In this document: one piece after another, positions 40,317-51,238 of the stretch
Numbering within the stretch: position 1 is the first letter of the stretch
How the letters are laid out: every line of letters starts with the position of its first letter
DNA from: Tubulanus polymorphus
Lineage: Eukaryota; Animalia; Nemertea
Assembly: GCF_964204645.1 (NCBI RefSeq)
Contig: NC_134030.1
Coordinates: 18,064,210 to 18,128,209 of the forward strand
DNA length: 64,000 nt
Direction of reading: 5' to 3'
The notes under the pieces: generated by a model
What the model saw: the letters and a program-made list of their open reading frames with translations, nothing else
What the model was told of the DNA's origin: nothing
Database searches by the model: none
Made by a program: the position numbers and the translations under genes

Positions 40317-40538
40317 ATGAGTGATAATAAGTGGATAATAACTGGATTATATAATGGAGCATTACTATCAGTTGGAACTGTTGGTTATTCAATGGTATTA
40401 AAAAAGGTCTTCAAAATGGGAAGTGTTAATGTTGATAGATTTGATATAAATGATATCTTAAAATTAACATTAGCAGTTACTTCATCTAATTTAACTATTG
40501 ATTATTTAGAAAAACAAAAATATATTCCTCCCATATAA
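40317..40538 (+). CDS. Polinton small hydrophobic protein
   Basis: Intact 73-aa ORF with the shared upstream motif and two hydrophobic segments. Confidence 0.6.
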   Translation: MSDNKWIITGLYNGALLSVGTVGYSMVLKKVFKMGSVNVDRFDINDILKLTLAVTSSNLTIDYLEKQKYIPPI

Positions 40539-40562
40539 ATACATAATTTTTTTGCTAAATAA

Positions 40563-40985
40563 ATGGCTTCTGCAATTATAACTACTATAGGATCGGCAAT
40601 TGTTAACGCTTTAGCATTTACTGGTGGTGGTTATTTATTTAAACATATTGATAAAAATAGTTCATTAGGAGAACAAAGAAGACATAACTTAGCATTAGAG
40701 AAATATAATAAAGCAGCAGAAGAATACAGAGAAAAACGACAAAACTATATGGATTATATTAACAAGGAATTATATGATCAGAAGATTTCACATAGAGATT
40801 TTCAATCAGTTGATGATGCAATGAGTTTATATAACGCAGTAACCAATAAAGAAAAATTACATCTATACAAACCTAAATTATCAGATTATTATACCCCAAG
40901 TAAAGAACAACAGAAATATGAAATAATTTGGATTTTAGGTGGAACAGTTATTGTTATATTTGTAGCATATAAATTTACTAATTAG
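40563..40985 (+). CDS. Polinton protein with N-terminal amphipathic/Gly segment, coiled coil and C-terminal TM
   Basis: MASAIITTIGSAIVNALAFTGGGYLF...EQRRHNLALEK...IIWILGGTVIVIFVAY; shared upstream motif. Confidence 0.65.
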   Translation: MASAIITTIGSAIVNALAFTGGGYLFKHIDKNSSLGEQRRHNLALEKYNKAAEEYREKRQNYMDYINKELYDQKISHRDFQSVDDAMSLYNAVTNKEKLHLYKPKLSDYYTPSKEQQKYEIIWILGGTVIVIFVAYKFTN

Positions 40986-41004
40986 TAATTTTTTTTCTAA
41001 ATAA

Positions 41005-41439
41005 ATGGAAGATAAAGTTGATAGTATTGATATTATTCCTCATGATATAAATAAAACTAAATTAAAAATATATTTAGAAAAACAAATATTAGAATTTGAA
41101 GGTGACTTAAAGATAAAAAAGAAAAAATATTTAAAAAGTAAAATTATATATTATCTTATTATTAGTGGTTCGGTTACAATTAGTTCTGTAATAACATTTC
41201 TAGCAATATTCAGTCCATTAACACCTTTAGCTATATCAATCGGTGTATTAGGATTAAGTTCAAGTGTTTTAACTGGTATAAGTTCAAAATTAAATATAAA
41301 AAGTAATAAAGAAAAAATTAAAACTAATATAAAAGAAATTAATAAATTGAAGAATACACTAGATCATATAATAAGTTTAAATGGTCATATAACAGTTGAA
41401 GAACAAGATAAATTATTAAAAGAATTAATAAATTATTAA
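41005..41439 (+). CDS. Polinton two-TM protein with flanking coiled coils
   Basis: Two hydrophobic helices at aa ~48-94; shared upstream motif. Confidence 0.65.
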   Translation: MEDKVDSIDIIPHDINKTKLKIYLEKQILEFEGDLKIKKKKYLKSKIIYYLIISGSVTISSVITFLAIFSPLTPLAISIGVLGLSSSVLTGISSKLNIKSNKEKIKTNIKEINKLKNTLDHIISLNGHITVEEQDKLLKELINY

Positions 41440-41455
41440 TTTTTCAATTAAATAA

Positions 41456-42867
41456 ATGGTAGATGGTTTTCCAAAAGCTTTCCAATATAATAAATAAATT
41501 AAATATAATATTCCAGCAATAGATTTTAATAAAGATATTACATATAGAAATGAAGTTTTAGATTCATTAACTAATTTAGAAATTTATGTTACTGAAACTA
41601 ATAATTTTAGTGCAAAGATGGAAAATATATTTCATGTATATTTAATTAATTTAAAAAAATTGAAAGATGAAAAACAATGGTTATTAAAATCTAATATGAA
41701 GTATTGGCAGAACCAATTAAATTTTGCTGTTTATTGTGCAACAACAGGATGTGGAATTAGTTGGAATGATCATTTGAATAATTCTAAATATGAATTAATT
41801 CAAAGTTTATTTAGATTTCATACATACTTTCAAATCAGAATAATATTAAATGAATTAGAGTGCGCTTTACCAGGATCTAGGTATTTTAAAGAATTAGATA
41901 ATAATATTAATTTATCAAAGTTTTTTAAAATTTGTAATGAATTTAATATAGATATAAATAATTCTGATTTTAGAACAAAAATTGGAACAATAAGATCACT
42001 TCCTTGCCCTAAAAAGATTGCAGAATATTGTGCACTTCCCATACCATCTAATAGTTTGTATAATATCTATAGTAATAAATTAGGTTATGGTAAAATAGAA
42101 ACTAAGGATTTAGAAACATTAAATTTCAATAAATTACCGACATTTTATGATAATTTAAAACAAGAAAACAATAATGGTTGGGTTTATTTCATTTTAGAAA
42201 ATAATGAAGGTTTTACAAAATCAGGTATACAAAGAATAAATCAATCTATTAGAACTTATTTGATATGTATTTTAGGTGCGCAAGTTGAAACAAGATCCCC
42301 AATAATTGGAAATTTAAATACATCATTTGATACACAGAAACAATTCAAAGTATTATTTGAAGATTCTATTCATAATGATAAAAATAGATCGATTCCAGAA
42401 AACATTGTGAGATATCAAAATTATTTAGATAAATCACATATTAGACTAAATTATTGTATAGGCCCTAATCTATTTATTATTTCTAACGATTTAGTATTAA
42501 AGATGGGAAACATAATTGGTTATAATAATCTAATTAAAACTGCAACAATAAATAATTCATTTGGATTAAATGATATAAATAAAAAGATTATTACTGCTCC
42601 AAAATTAATGGAAGGTGAAAAAATAAAAAACACATTCAATCAACAGAAACTAAAACTAAAAATATTAAATTGCATAATGATTCTAAAATAAAAGATTACA
42701 ATACATCAGAAAATATAAAAACTGATAATATTCAACATGATATAATTAAAACTGATAATGATAATAAATTCCATGAAAATACTAAATTAGCTTTAACTTG
42801 TACAGGAATTGTTATAGGAGGAATATTATATTTTAAATTTTATTTTTTATTATATAAATGGATGTAG
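41456..42867 (+). pseudogene. Polinton hypothetical protein (WQNQLNFAVYCATTGCG) with C-terminal TM; early stop and late frameshift
   Basis: TAAATG start at 41456 is in frame with ORF 41618; continues in ORF 42670..42867. Confidence 0.6.
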
Positions 42868-44289
42868 AAGGTGGAGAAGATATTGGAATGGATCCTTTAG
42901 ATGAAACTGGTATAACTGATGAATAACAACCTGATTTTAGTGAAACAAGTTTTAATGACGGTAATGAGCCAGGATATAATAATAATTTAAATATGCCTGA
43001 TTATATTTAAAATGCAGAATCACAATTAAATCCTGAAAATTTAGACCCAGATTTAGTAAAACAAGATTTAGATAATTTAAACAAAATAGAGAAATTAGAA
43101 TATATAATTGAAAATTCTAAACTTAACATAAATGATTAAGACGTTGGACCTTTAGCAGATAAATTAAGATTTTTAGATAATGGTAAATGTTATTATCGTT
43201 TGAAAGGTGATTATTATATTGATATCTCTTATAAAAAAGAAGAAAAAATAATAGCAAAATCAACTTTAAAAAAAATTAAAACCAGATAGAATTAAAATAA
43301 TAAGTAATAGTAATGAAATAACTGATGTTACACAAAAAGAAATAGATGATAATATAGACGTATTTAAACAAAAAATTAATGAATTATTTGAAATAATCAA
43401 AAAGAAATCAGAAACAGAAACAACTTCTGAACAGAATAAAACTTCCAAAACTAATAAACTTAATTCAAATAAAGTTCCAATTGAAAAACTTTTACCGAAT
43501 GGATTAATTGATGCAACAGATCAAGAATTAGAAGATTTAAATAATATATTTTCTGATAAAGCAATTAGAGAAATTGAAAGTATAAGACATGCATCTGATA
43601 AAATTGCGCATGATAAAAGTATAAGAGATTTAAAAATTAGAACTTTAGAAGATGAATTATTTAAATCAAGAAAAGAATCGGAACAAGTAAAATTAGATAG
43701 AGATAATAAAGTTATTGAAGAAATCGAATTTAAAAAAAGAAATGCGTATTTAGAAAAAGAAAAAGATGATTTAGAATATAACATAGAATTACAAAAAGAA
43801 GAAATCAAATTATTATCAAAATCATATGATTATAATATTAATAGATTAAAAGTTATTTTTAAAGATTTATTGATAAAACCAAATTCTGAAATATCATTGA
43901 AAGATAGAATAAAGTTATTATTTAAATTAGAAGGAATAACAATTCTTTCAATTCTAACAGCTGTAACTATGTTATTTACAACAATAGGTTTAGCAATATC
44001 AAATGCTTTAAAATCTACTCCTACTCCCAATAAACCGGATAAACCCCCGAATGATAATTCTATACAAGATAAAGTTAAAGATGGTTTAAAAAAATTAGCA
44101 AAATATCTATGGGAACTATCTAAAAAATCTGCTGCAGCTTTACCAGGAATTATTGCATCAATTGTTGGTTTTATATTGAAATCTGCTGGGAATATTCTTT
44201 ACTTTGCTGCTGAACATATTATTTTAATTTTAATTACAGTTGTAAGTGCTATTATTTTTGGGTTAGTGAATATGATTAAAAATAAATAA
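42858..44289 (+). pseudogene. Polinton acidic/coiled-coil protein with C-terminal hydrophobic helices; several stops
   Basis: TAAATG start MDVEGGEDIGMDPLDE...; C-terminal GITILSILTAVTMLFTTIGLAI...ALPGIIASIVGFIL in ORF 43870..44289. Confidence 0.6.
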
Positions 44290-44309
44290 TTAATTTTTTT
44301 GTTAAATAA

Positions 44310-45561
44310 ATGAGTGGGAGTTATATAAGTCCTTCTAAGATTTCTAGAATATCTAATGCTATTAAAGCAGAAAGATCACATCATATAATTACTCATAATC
44401 CTTCAAATATTAATCCCGATGAAACTTTATATGTTAGAATTCCTAGATTAACACAAAATACTTTTTATGTTCCAAATAGTATTTATTTATCAGCTGATAT
44501 AAAAGTAATTGGTCATGATAATAATTATGTTGTTGATAATGTTGGGAGATATTTGATTAAAAAATTAACTCTAAAGATTGGTCCAGAAACAGTTTTCTCA
44601 TTAGATGATTATAATTTATTTATGCATTATAAAGATTTATGGTTAACTAAAGAAAATAGAAATAATATGATATTTCAGGGTATTCAATCGGAAAACCATA
44701 ATAAAATAAGATCAGGAGCTAATGACGCAATAGTCACTCGTGCCACAGATAATTTGATTAAAAAGATTTATGGAAGCAAATATAAAATTCCATTAGACTT
44801 TGAATTGATAAATAATAATGCACCTTTATATAAATACGCAATTCAAGAAGATATTATATTTGAGATAACATTTGCTCCTGTAAATGAAATTGTATTATCT
44901 AGCGTTGTTAAAGATATGGGTTATAAATTATCAAATATATGTTTAGAATATGACACAGTAACTAATGAAAATATTGCTAGCACAATTCAAACTCAATACA
45001 ATCAAGGATTTTCATTATTTTATGATTATATTGATAAATTTAAAACTGTAACTATTAATGCAAATTATTCTCAAATGAATTAATGAGAATACTAACTTCC
45101 CAAGAAGATCTATTAAAGGTAAATTAATATTTTTTACCATTGCAACAAATTCTAATGGCGCAATAAAGGTTGATAATTATTATAATCCTGAAATAACAAA
45201 AGTAGAAATAACTATCGAAGGAATAGCAAATAAAATATTTTGTCAAGGAATGAGAATGATAGATCAGTGGCCAGAAATTAGAAAACATTTTATGAATGAA
45301 AAAGTAAAATCATTTGAAAATTGTAATATTAATCAAATTGATTATTATACCGGCAATAAATATGCATTATGGTTAGATTTTAGAACAACAGAGGATAATT
45401 CATTACATGGTTCTGGGAAAAAACTACAAAATACTAAAGATGGAATACAATTATTCATGACAAAGAATAAAGGAATCAAAAATTTCAAAATGCACATTTA
45501 TATTATATCTGACGCACAATTAAATATTGTAAATTCACAATTAGATAGTATTCAATATTAG
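44310..45561 (+). pseudogene. Probable major capsid protein (double jelly-roll), frameshifted at ~45083
   Basis: About 415 aa in total, beta-rich pattern (NPSNINP..TLYVRIP.L, LIKKLTLKIG, YKIPLDF, LSNICLEYD), adjacent to integrase and ATPase. Fold inferred, not verified. Confidence 0.6.
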
Positions 45562-45591
45562 AAATATAAAGTTAAAATTAAGGATATATAA

Positions 45592-46719
45592 ATGGGTGGT
45601 AAAAAAACTCCTAATACTAAAGAACAATATTTAAGAAATTTATATTACAACCCTGAGTGTTCGGTTGCTTATTCTTCTACTAAAAACATATGGCGTCAAG
45701 TAAAACAAGATAAATTAGATAAGACAATCCCACAAAATTTAGTTAAATATAAAGATATAAATGAATTTATGTTAGAACAACCAACATACACAACACATAA
45801 AAAAATTGTTAGAAAATATAAAACTCGTAAAACTATGGTAAGTTATGTAGATCAACAGTGGCAAGGAGATTTAATTGATATGAAAAATGTTAAGAAAGAT
45901 AATGATGATTATTGGTGGTTATTGAATATAATTGATATTTTTAGTCGTTATGTATGGAGCTTCCCACTTTATAGAAAAGATGCTGTACAAACATCAAATT
46001 TTTTAAGAAAATTTCTTTCGGATGATAAACTAAAACCAGAAAAAATACAATTTGATGATGGAAAAGAGTTTGATAATTCACTTGTTCATGAACTCTTAGA
46101 TAATCATAATATTAAATATTTTTCAACAAAATCGGATAAAAAAGCAGCAGTTGTTGAACGATTTAATAGAACATTAAGAACAAGAATGTGGAAATATTTT
46201 ACAGCAAATAATACTTTTAAATGGATTGATGTTTTACCAAAATTGATAGAAGGATATAATAATTCTTATCATTCTTCTATTGGAATGAAACCTATTAATG
46301 CTAGAAAACCTGAAAATGCTGAAATTGTTTGGAATAATTTATATGGAGCATTTCTTGTAGATGATTTTGGTGAACCTAAATTTAAAGTTGGTCAAAATGT
46401 TAGAATTTCTAAGTATAAAAAGATATTTGACAAAGGATACGATCGAAATTTTACTAGGGAAATATATAAAATAAAAAAGGTAATAACAACAAAACCATAT
46501 GTCTATAAATTAGAAGATTTAGATGGTGAAGAAGTTGATGGCTACTTTTACGAAGAAGAATTAAGTTTAACTACTGAAAATCTAGAACAAGAATATAAAA
46601 TTGAAAAAGTATTAAAAACAAAAACTATTAAAAGAAAAAAATATTCTTTAGTAAAATGGGTTGGATGGCCAGATAAATTCAATGAATGGATATTATCAAG
46701 TAAAATTAAAAATACATAA
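45592..46719 (+). CDS. INT: Retroviral-like (rve) DDE integrase with C-terminal chromodomain, intact
   Basis: WQGDLIDM (D), IDIFSRY, IQFDDGKEF (D), VVERFNRTL (E), YNNSYHSSIGMKP, FKVGQNVRI; chromodomain YKIEKVL...LVKWVGWPDKFNEWI. Confidence 0.95.
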   Translation: MGGKKTPNTKEQYLRNLYYNPECSVAYSSTKNIWRQVKQDKLDKTIPQNLVKYKDINEFMLEQPTYTTHKKIVRKYKTRKTMVSYVDQQWQGDLIDMKNVKKDNDDYWWLLNIIDIFSRYVWSFPLYRKDAVQTSNFLRKFLSDDKLKPEKIQFDDGKEFDNSLVHELLDNHNIKYFSTKSDKKAAVVERFNRTLRTRMWKYFTANNTFKWIDVLPKLIEGYNNSYHSSIGMKPINARKPENAEIVWNNLYGAFLVDDFGEPKFKVGQNVRISKYKKIFDKGYDRNFTREIYKIKKVITTKPYVYKLEDLDGEEVDGYFYEEELSLTTENLEQEYKIEKVLKTKTIKRKKYSLVKWVGWPDKFNEWILSSKIKNT

Positions 46720-47145
46720 ATGAATAAGGAATTATTCATATTTGAGCCTCATAATATGTTAATTTCTGGTGTAACAGATTGTGGAAAAACTTATTTTATA
46801 TTAAATTTATTAGAAACTGTTTATAAAAACTGTTTTGATAATATAGTATTATTTTGTCCAACATATGAATTTAATCAAACTTATGATAGAAATATTACTA
46901 GAAATAATAAATTTATTATATTAGATCCTAAAACAGTAAAAGAAAATTTAGATAATTGTATTAAAATAGCAATTGATATTTATAAAGGATCAAATACATT
47001 ATTCATTATAGATGATTGTGCTAATCTACATGATTCAAAAGTTAGAGAAAGTGAGTTATGTTATTTAGCTTTTTCTGGTAGACATTTTGGGATAACAACA
47101 TGGGTTTTAAATCAAAAATATAATTCAATTGTTAAAGACTTATGA
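46720..47145 (+). pseudogene. A32/FtsK-like DNA packaging ATPase, 3'-truncated
   Basis: Walker A GVTDCGKT, Walker B LFIIDD, SGRH...LNQ; ends abruptly at a CTAG-rich repeat. Confidence 0.88.
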
Positions 47146-47155
47146 ATTTATTTAA

Positions 47156-47427
47156 ATTCAACTAGCTTGTTAATCTAGTTGAATTCTAGTTACATTCTAG
47201 TTGAATTCTAGTTATTGGTAGTTGGAACAAAATCAACTAGATTTAACAATATTTTAACTAGCTTGTTAATCTAGTTTAATTCTAGTTACATTCTAGTTGA
47301 ATTCTAGTTGTTAGTAGTTGAAACAAAAATCAACTAGATTTAACAAGAAATAAACAAAAACAACAATATTTCAACTAGCTTGTTAATCTAGTTGAATTCT
47401 AGTTACATTCTAGTTGAATTCTAGTTG
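47156..47427. repeat. Three CTAG-rich direct repeats
   Basis: AACTAGCTTGTTAATCTAGTTGAATTCTAGTTACATTCTAGTTGAATTCTAGTT at ~47160, ~47256 and ~47373. Confidence 0.85.
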
Positions 47428-47458
47428 CAACAACACAACTAATTTATTTGTTATACAA

Positions 47459-47990
47459 ATGGTAGGTGAAAAGAAAATAAAATCTAAAAATGGTGATGTT
47501 CCAATTGAAAAAACTTTAGATGATTTAGGAATAAAAGAAAACAAATTAATTCCAGATGATGGTGCTTTAAATAATGTTACAACAAATAATAATTATGAAT
47601 ATTATCTTTATTGTAAACATCAATTAGAAATATTAATAGCATCTGGAAAATGTAAAAATTTTGTCGGTAAAAATTTAACTTATAATGAATTAGATACAAT
47701 GAAATCAGATGAAATTATTAGATTATTTAAGATTTATGAAGCCGCGAGAACAGCTAGAATTAATGACGCGATATCAGAAAATGTAGTAAAAGGTTATAGC
47801 AAATTATGTAATTATATACTACCAATTGAAGATGAAAATAGATTATATGTTGATTTAAAAAAATGATTATTTAGTTATGACTGAATTAAATAAATGGATT
47901 GGATATTTATCATTTCAATTAGGTGGATTTATGACATTATTATCAACTGGGGTTATAACATTTTCAAATATTGAAAGTAAAAATATTTCT
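47459..47990 (+). pseudogene. Polinton hypothetical protein; frameshift in an A-run near 47860
   Basis: ATG at 47459 after TAATTTATTTG..CAAATG; continues in another frame as NDYLVMTELNKWIGYLSFQLGGFMTLLSTGVITF. Confidence 0.5.
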
Positions 47991-47997
47991 ATAATAA

Positions 47998-48390
47998 GTG
48001 AGCGAGGTGGAAGAAGTGAAGAAAAAACCGAGATCACAGAAACAAATTGAATGGTCTCGGCAATTAGGAATTAAATCACAAGAATATAAAAAAGCTGTAA
48101 AAGAAAAAATAAGTAATAAAAATGTTAATAAAAATAGTGAAAATATTGTTATTTCTAATCCTTCTAATGATAGAATATTTGATAAATGTCTATATTTTAC
48201 AGTTGGATTTGTAATTGTATTCATTTTGATTGGGTGTAATTGGTATAAGAAATCAAATAAAATTCATGATATTAATAATTCTGATACAACTGCTATCAAA
48301 AATGAAAATACTTCTGAAATTCCAAAATTGACAATAAAAAAATGGATTAATATTTTAGAAAAAAAGCAAAAAAATAATTTTTTTAATTAA
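47998..48390 (+). CDS. Polinton basic protein with TM segment
   Basis: TAATAAGTG start (probably a mutated ATG); hydrophobic LYFTVGFVIVFILIG. Confidence 0.5.
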   Translation: MSEVEEVKKKPRSQKQIEWSRQLGIKSQEYKKAVKEKISNKNVNKNSENIVISNPSNDRIFDKCLYFTVGFVIVFILIGCNWYKKSNKIHDINNSDTTAIKNENTSEIPKLTIKKWINILEKKQKNNFFN

Positions 48391-48509
48391 TTGAATATTA
48401 ATTGAATAGCTCACTACTTTTGTCTATCTATGCGGAGCAATTAAATTTTCCAGATAAGTCATTTCGGATTCTAGATATTCATTATTTTTATTAATTTATT
48501 TTTTTAAAT

Positions 48510-48835
48510 TTAATCAACAATTTCTAAATCATGATGTCCATCTTCATTTTTTCCATGATAGATTATTTTAAATCCTTCTAAATCTTTTAATTCCTCTGTA
48601 CTCAATGAAACCCATTTATCAGGTAAAAATACTTTAAATTCTCTCGATGTACTAACATTACAGTAGCTTAAATTAGCTGATACTTTCTCTCCATATTTAG
48701 TTTTTATCTTTTCTAATTTCAATATTTTATGTTCAATTTCTTTTGTAACATCAACTAACTTTTTTATTTCAAATTGTTTTTTGCTGGTTTTATTCTGTTA
48801 TTTATTGTTGCTAAGAATGCTTTTCTATCTCCCAT
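48510..48835 (-). pseudogene. Polinton small terminal protein (~108 aa), 1-nt frameshift in an A-run
   Basis: CCACTCATCACCAC..TAAATG start at 48835 (MGDRKAFLATINNRIKPA); adding one A joins ORF 48510..48722. Confidence 0.6.
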
Positions 48836-49144
48836 TTATAAGGAAAACAAATTACTTGTGGTGATGAGTGGGGATTACTTCCCCCTGTATATAACAAACA
48901 CGCTATTAACCGTTCTCACCCAAGCCTCACAGCATCTATTTATCTGGGCACAGTTGACACGCAATCACTGTACTACAGTAATAGCACACGCGTTAATAAC
49001 CGTTTTCAGTAGAGACTCACTGTATCGATCTATCCACGCGCAGCTGTTGTTACCCGCACTCACTGTATATGTGTATCACAGAGCAATCGTCCGTTCTCAC
49101 TAGAGCCTAGCTGTGATGAGTGGTGTCTCATACTCAATTGAATT

Positions 49145-49214
49145 ATTACTTGTGGTGATGAGTGGTGTCTCGCCCTCTCGCCCTCTGATCTGAAAGCCCA
49201 CTTTGCCAATTACT
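49145..49214 (-). repeat. Polinton right TIR
   Basis: Reverse complement of 32348-32417 with 2 mismatches; followed by TCGATG. Confidence 0.95.
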
Positions 49215-50862
49215 TCGATGGATACCAAACTTTAAATGATACTGAAAATAATGCCGCTGTTTATAAACTTTTCAAGTCACAGCTATTTTCACTAACGTTC
49301 CCATTATATGTAGCAATCCTCCACGTAATATCAATTATGTCTGATATTGTGCAACTCGATACTAACGACTATAGCCGCGATCACGGGGAGACGATTTGAC
49401 CCGGGCGGCCAAATTGGCACGGATCAGCTCCGAGTCAAATTTGGCCCGTGCTTAATTTTAGAGAGCGCATTCGCACGCAAACCATTCACTCGATACTAAA
49501 CAATGCTTAAACAAAGCGAAGTGGATCATTTCCGGTACCAGTTGCAATTCACATGCTTAAATTTTGACCCGGACCTGGTCCGACGTTTTTGGTCGAGCCA
49601 AATTGGGCGTACTGATCCGCAGCAAGATTTCGTAGTGGCTAGAAAATGTTTGTAATGTGGATTTCCTGTATGCGTTGGTGGTCATTAATGGGTGTCAGAC
49701 AACAAACGATGGTAGTAAGCAAGTTGTTGTTTGATGCTTTAATCTATCAGCGCTGACCATAAATCAGCCTGAGGTAAAAATAATTCTTTCTCGGTTCTTC
49801 TGCTGCGATATCTGGCAAACATTCAGAAATCTTTTTATAAACTTAAGAATAGACGGAACCGTATTTGGTCGGAACAATGGGTTGCATTAATAATGTGGCT
49901 GGTGGAAGGATCGCGCTGTTACTTCATGAAATAAAAGTATGTGGAGACATTGTTGTTTTGCTTTATCCCGTATTGTAATAAAATTTATTTAGATAATGAA
50001 GTTCCGAATGAAAAGTATTTTAAATCATTCAAAAAGAAACAATGAGTGGTACCGTAATTTGAGACGAATGCTTAAGTTTTGAAAATATATTTAATTTGAG
50101 AATGTTAATAAAAAACAAAAGGTTTATAATCGCTCTAACGTTTTATGAAAATAAATTTGTGTTAAATGTTAATATTAGCTCTCTAAAAGTTTCTCTTGTT
50201 GTATACGTCTGTTGGTAACTCTCAGAGAATAGCTGTTCTCTCAACAATGATAAGCAAGGAGTGAGTAAATCATTCCGCGTCATGACAGGAGGGTTGGAAG
50301 GAAAAAGTTAGTTAGCAAATCAGTTTTGAAAACAATTTTAGATCAGCAAATCATTAATCGCAAATGTAAAATACTCCAGATAATCCGAATAATTAACGAT
50401 GTGTGGATGGTTAGGTTTTTTCTAGGGGACCTCCCTCCCCTTCAATTCGCTGTTTATAGACCTTATGAGAAAAAAAAAACTCTAATTCACCGAGTTGAAA
50501 CATGATAGTATCTGATTGCGGTAACTTTCACCCGGCGGTCTTATTTTACTGTTAACAGTATTTACTGCTATTGATAAACTGTTTATATGTTTTTATATTT
50601 ACCCTGGACTGATAAACAAACTGTGTCACCAGATCTGATAAGAGACCATAATTCAAAATACCGATTATATAACCAGACCCTGACTGTTTTAGTCAAAGAT
50701 TTAAAACAATCGGGTTGGTGGGTCCATTTTGGTCCTCAGAATTTTGAAAGACAAAAATATTGCTGTCGCCTCAAAACTTTACACCGGTTTTATATGCGAG
50801 ATCACATTTGGACTCGAGTCACATCATTCTGTACTGAACTGAACTCTGATCTCAATAATTAC

Positions 50863-50947
50863 CGAGATTCTCAGCAGGTCTATCGACGGTTTGCTCCTCG
50901 TCATCGCGAACATTTTCTGCATTTATTCCTGGAAAACTCTCCGCCAT
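50863..50947 (-). CDS. Paralogous NLR upstream exon B (RHIM absent)
   Basis: Same acceptor and 11-nt leader; MAESFPGINAENVRDDEEQTVDRPAENL; phase-1 donor G|GTAATT. Confidence 0.55.
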
Positions 50948-51063
50948 AGTACCGTTTACTGAAAAACAGGATTAAAAATTCAGTCATTTTAATCTCAACA
51001 AGTGCAGACTTTTTCCTGACCTAAGTGTTTTGTCCAGTATTTACACAATCAGCCCCGACTCAC

Positions 51064-51238
51064 ATTCAGACGTCACAAGTTGAAAGTGACAAAATCGAGG
51101 AAACGAACAGCAACAGCTATCGACGGTTTGCTCCTCGTCATCGCTTGATTCATGTATCGTCAATGTACTATTGACGCCTAATTGAATATTTTCTGCATTT
51201 TCTGCATTTATTCCTGGATTACGATTACTCTCCGCCAT
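51064..51238 (-). CDS. Paralogous NLR upstream exon A with RHIM-like IQLG motif
   Basis: MAESNRNPGINAENAENIQLGVNSTLTIHESS...; donor GAAT|GTGAGT at 51064/51063, phase 1, in frame with exon B. Confidence 0.55.

Larger units (their letters stand above)
32348..49214 (+). mobile_element. Polinton/Maverick (adintovirus-like endogenous virus), 16,867 bp, both ends present, genes decayed
   Basis: AGT...ACT termini, 70-bp TIRs with 2 mismatches, TSD TCGATG at 32342-32347 and 49215-49220; pPolB, rve integrase, packaging ATPase and capsid-like genes; compact, intronless, very AT-rich. Confidence 0.97.
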
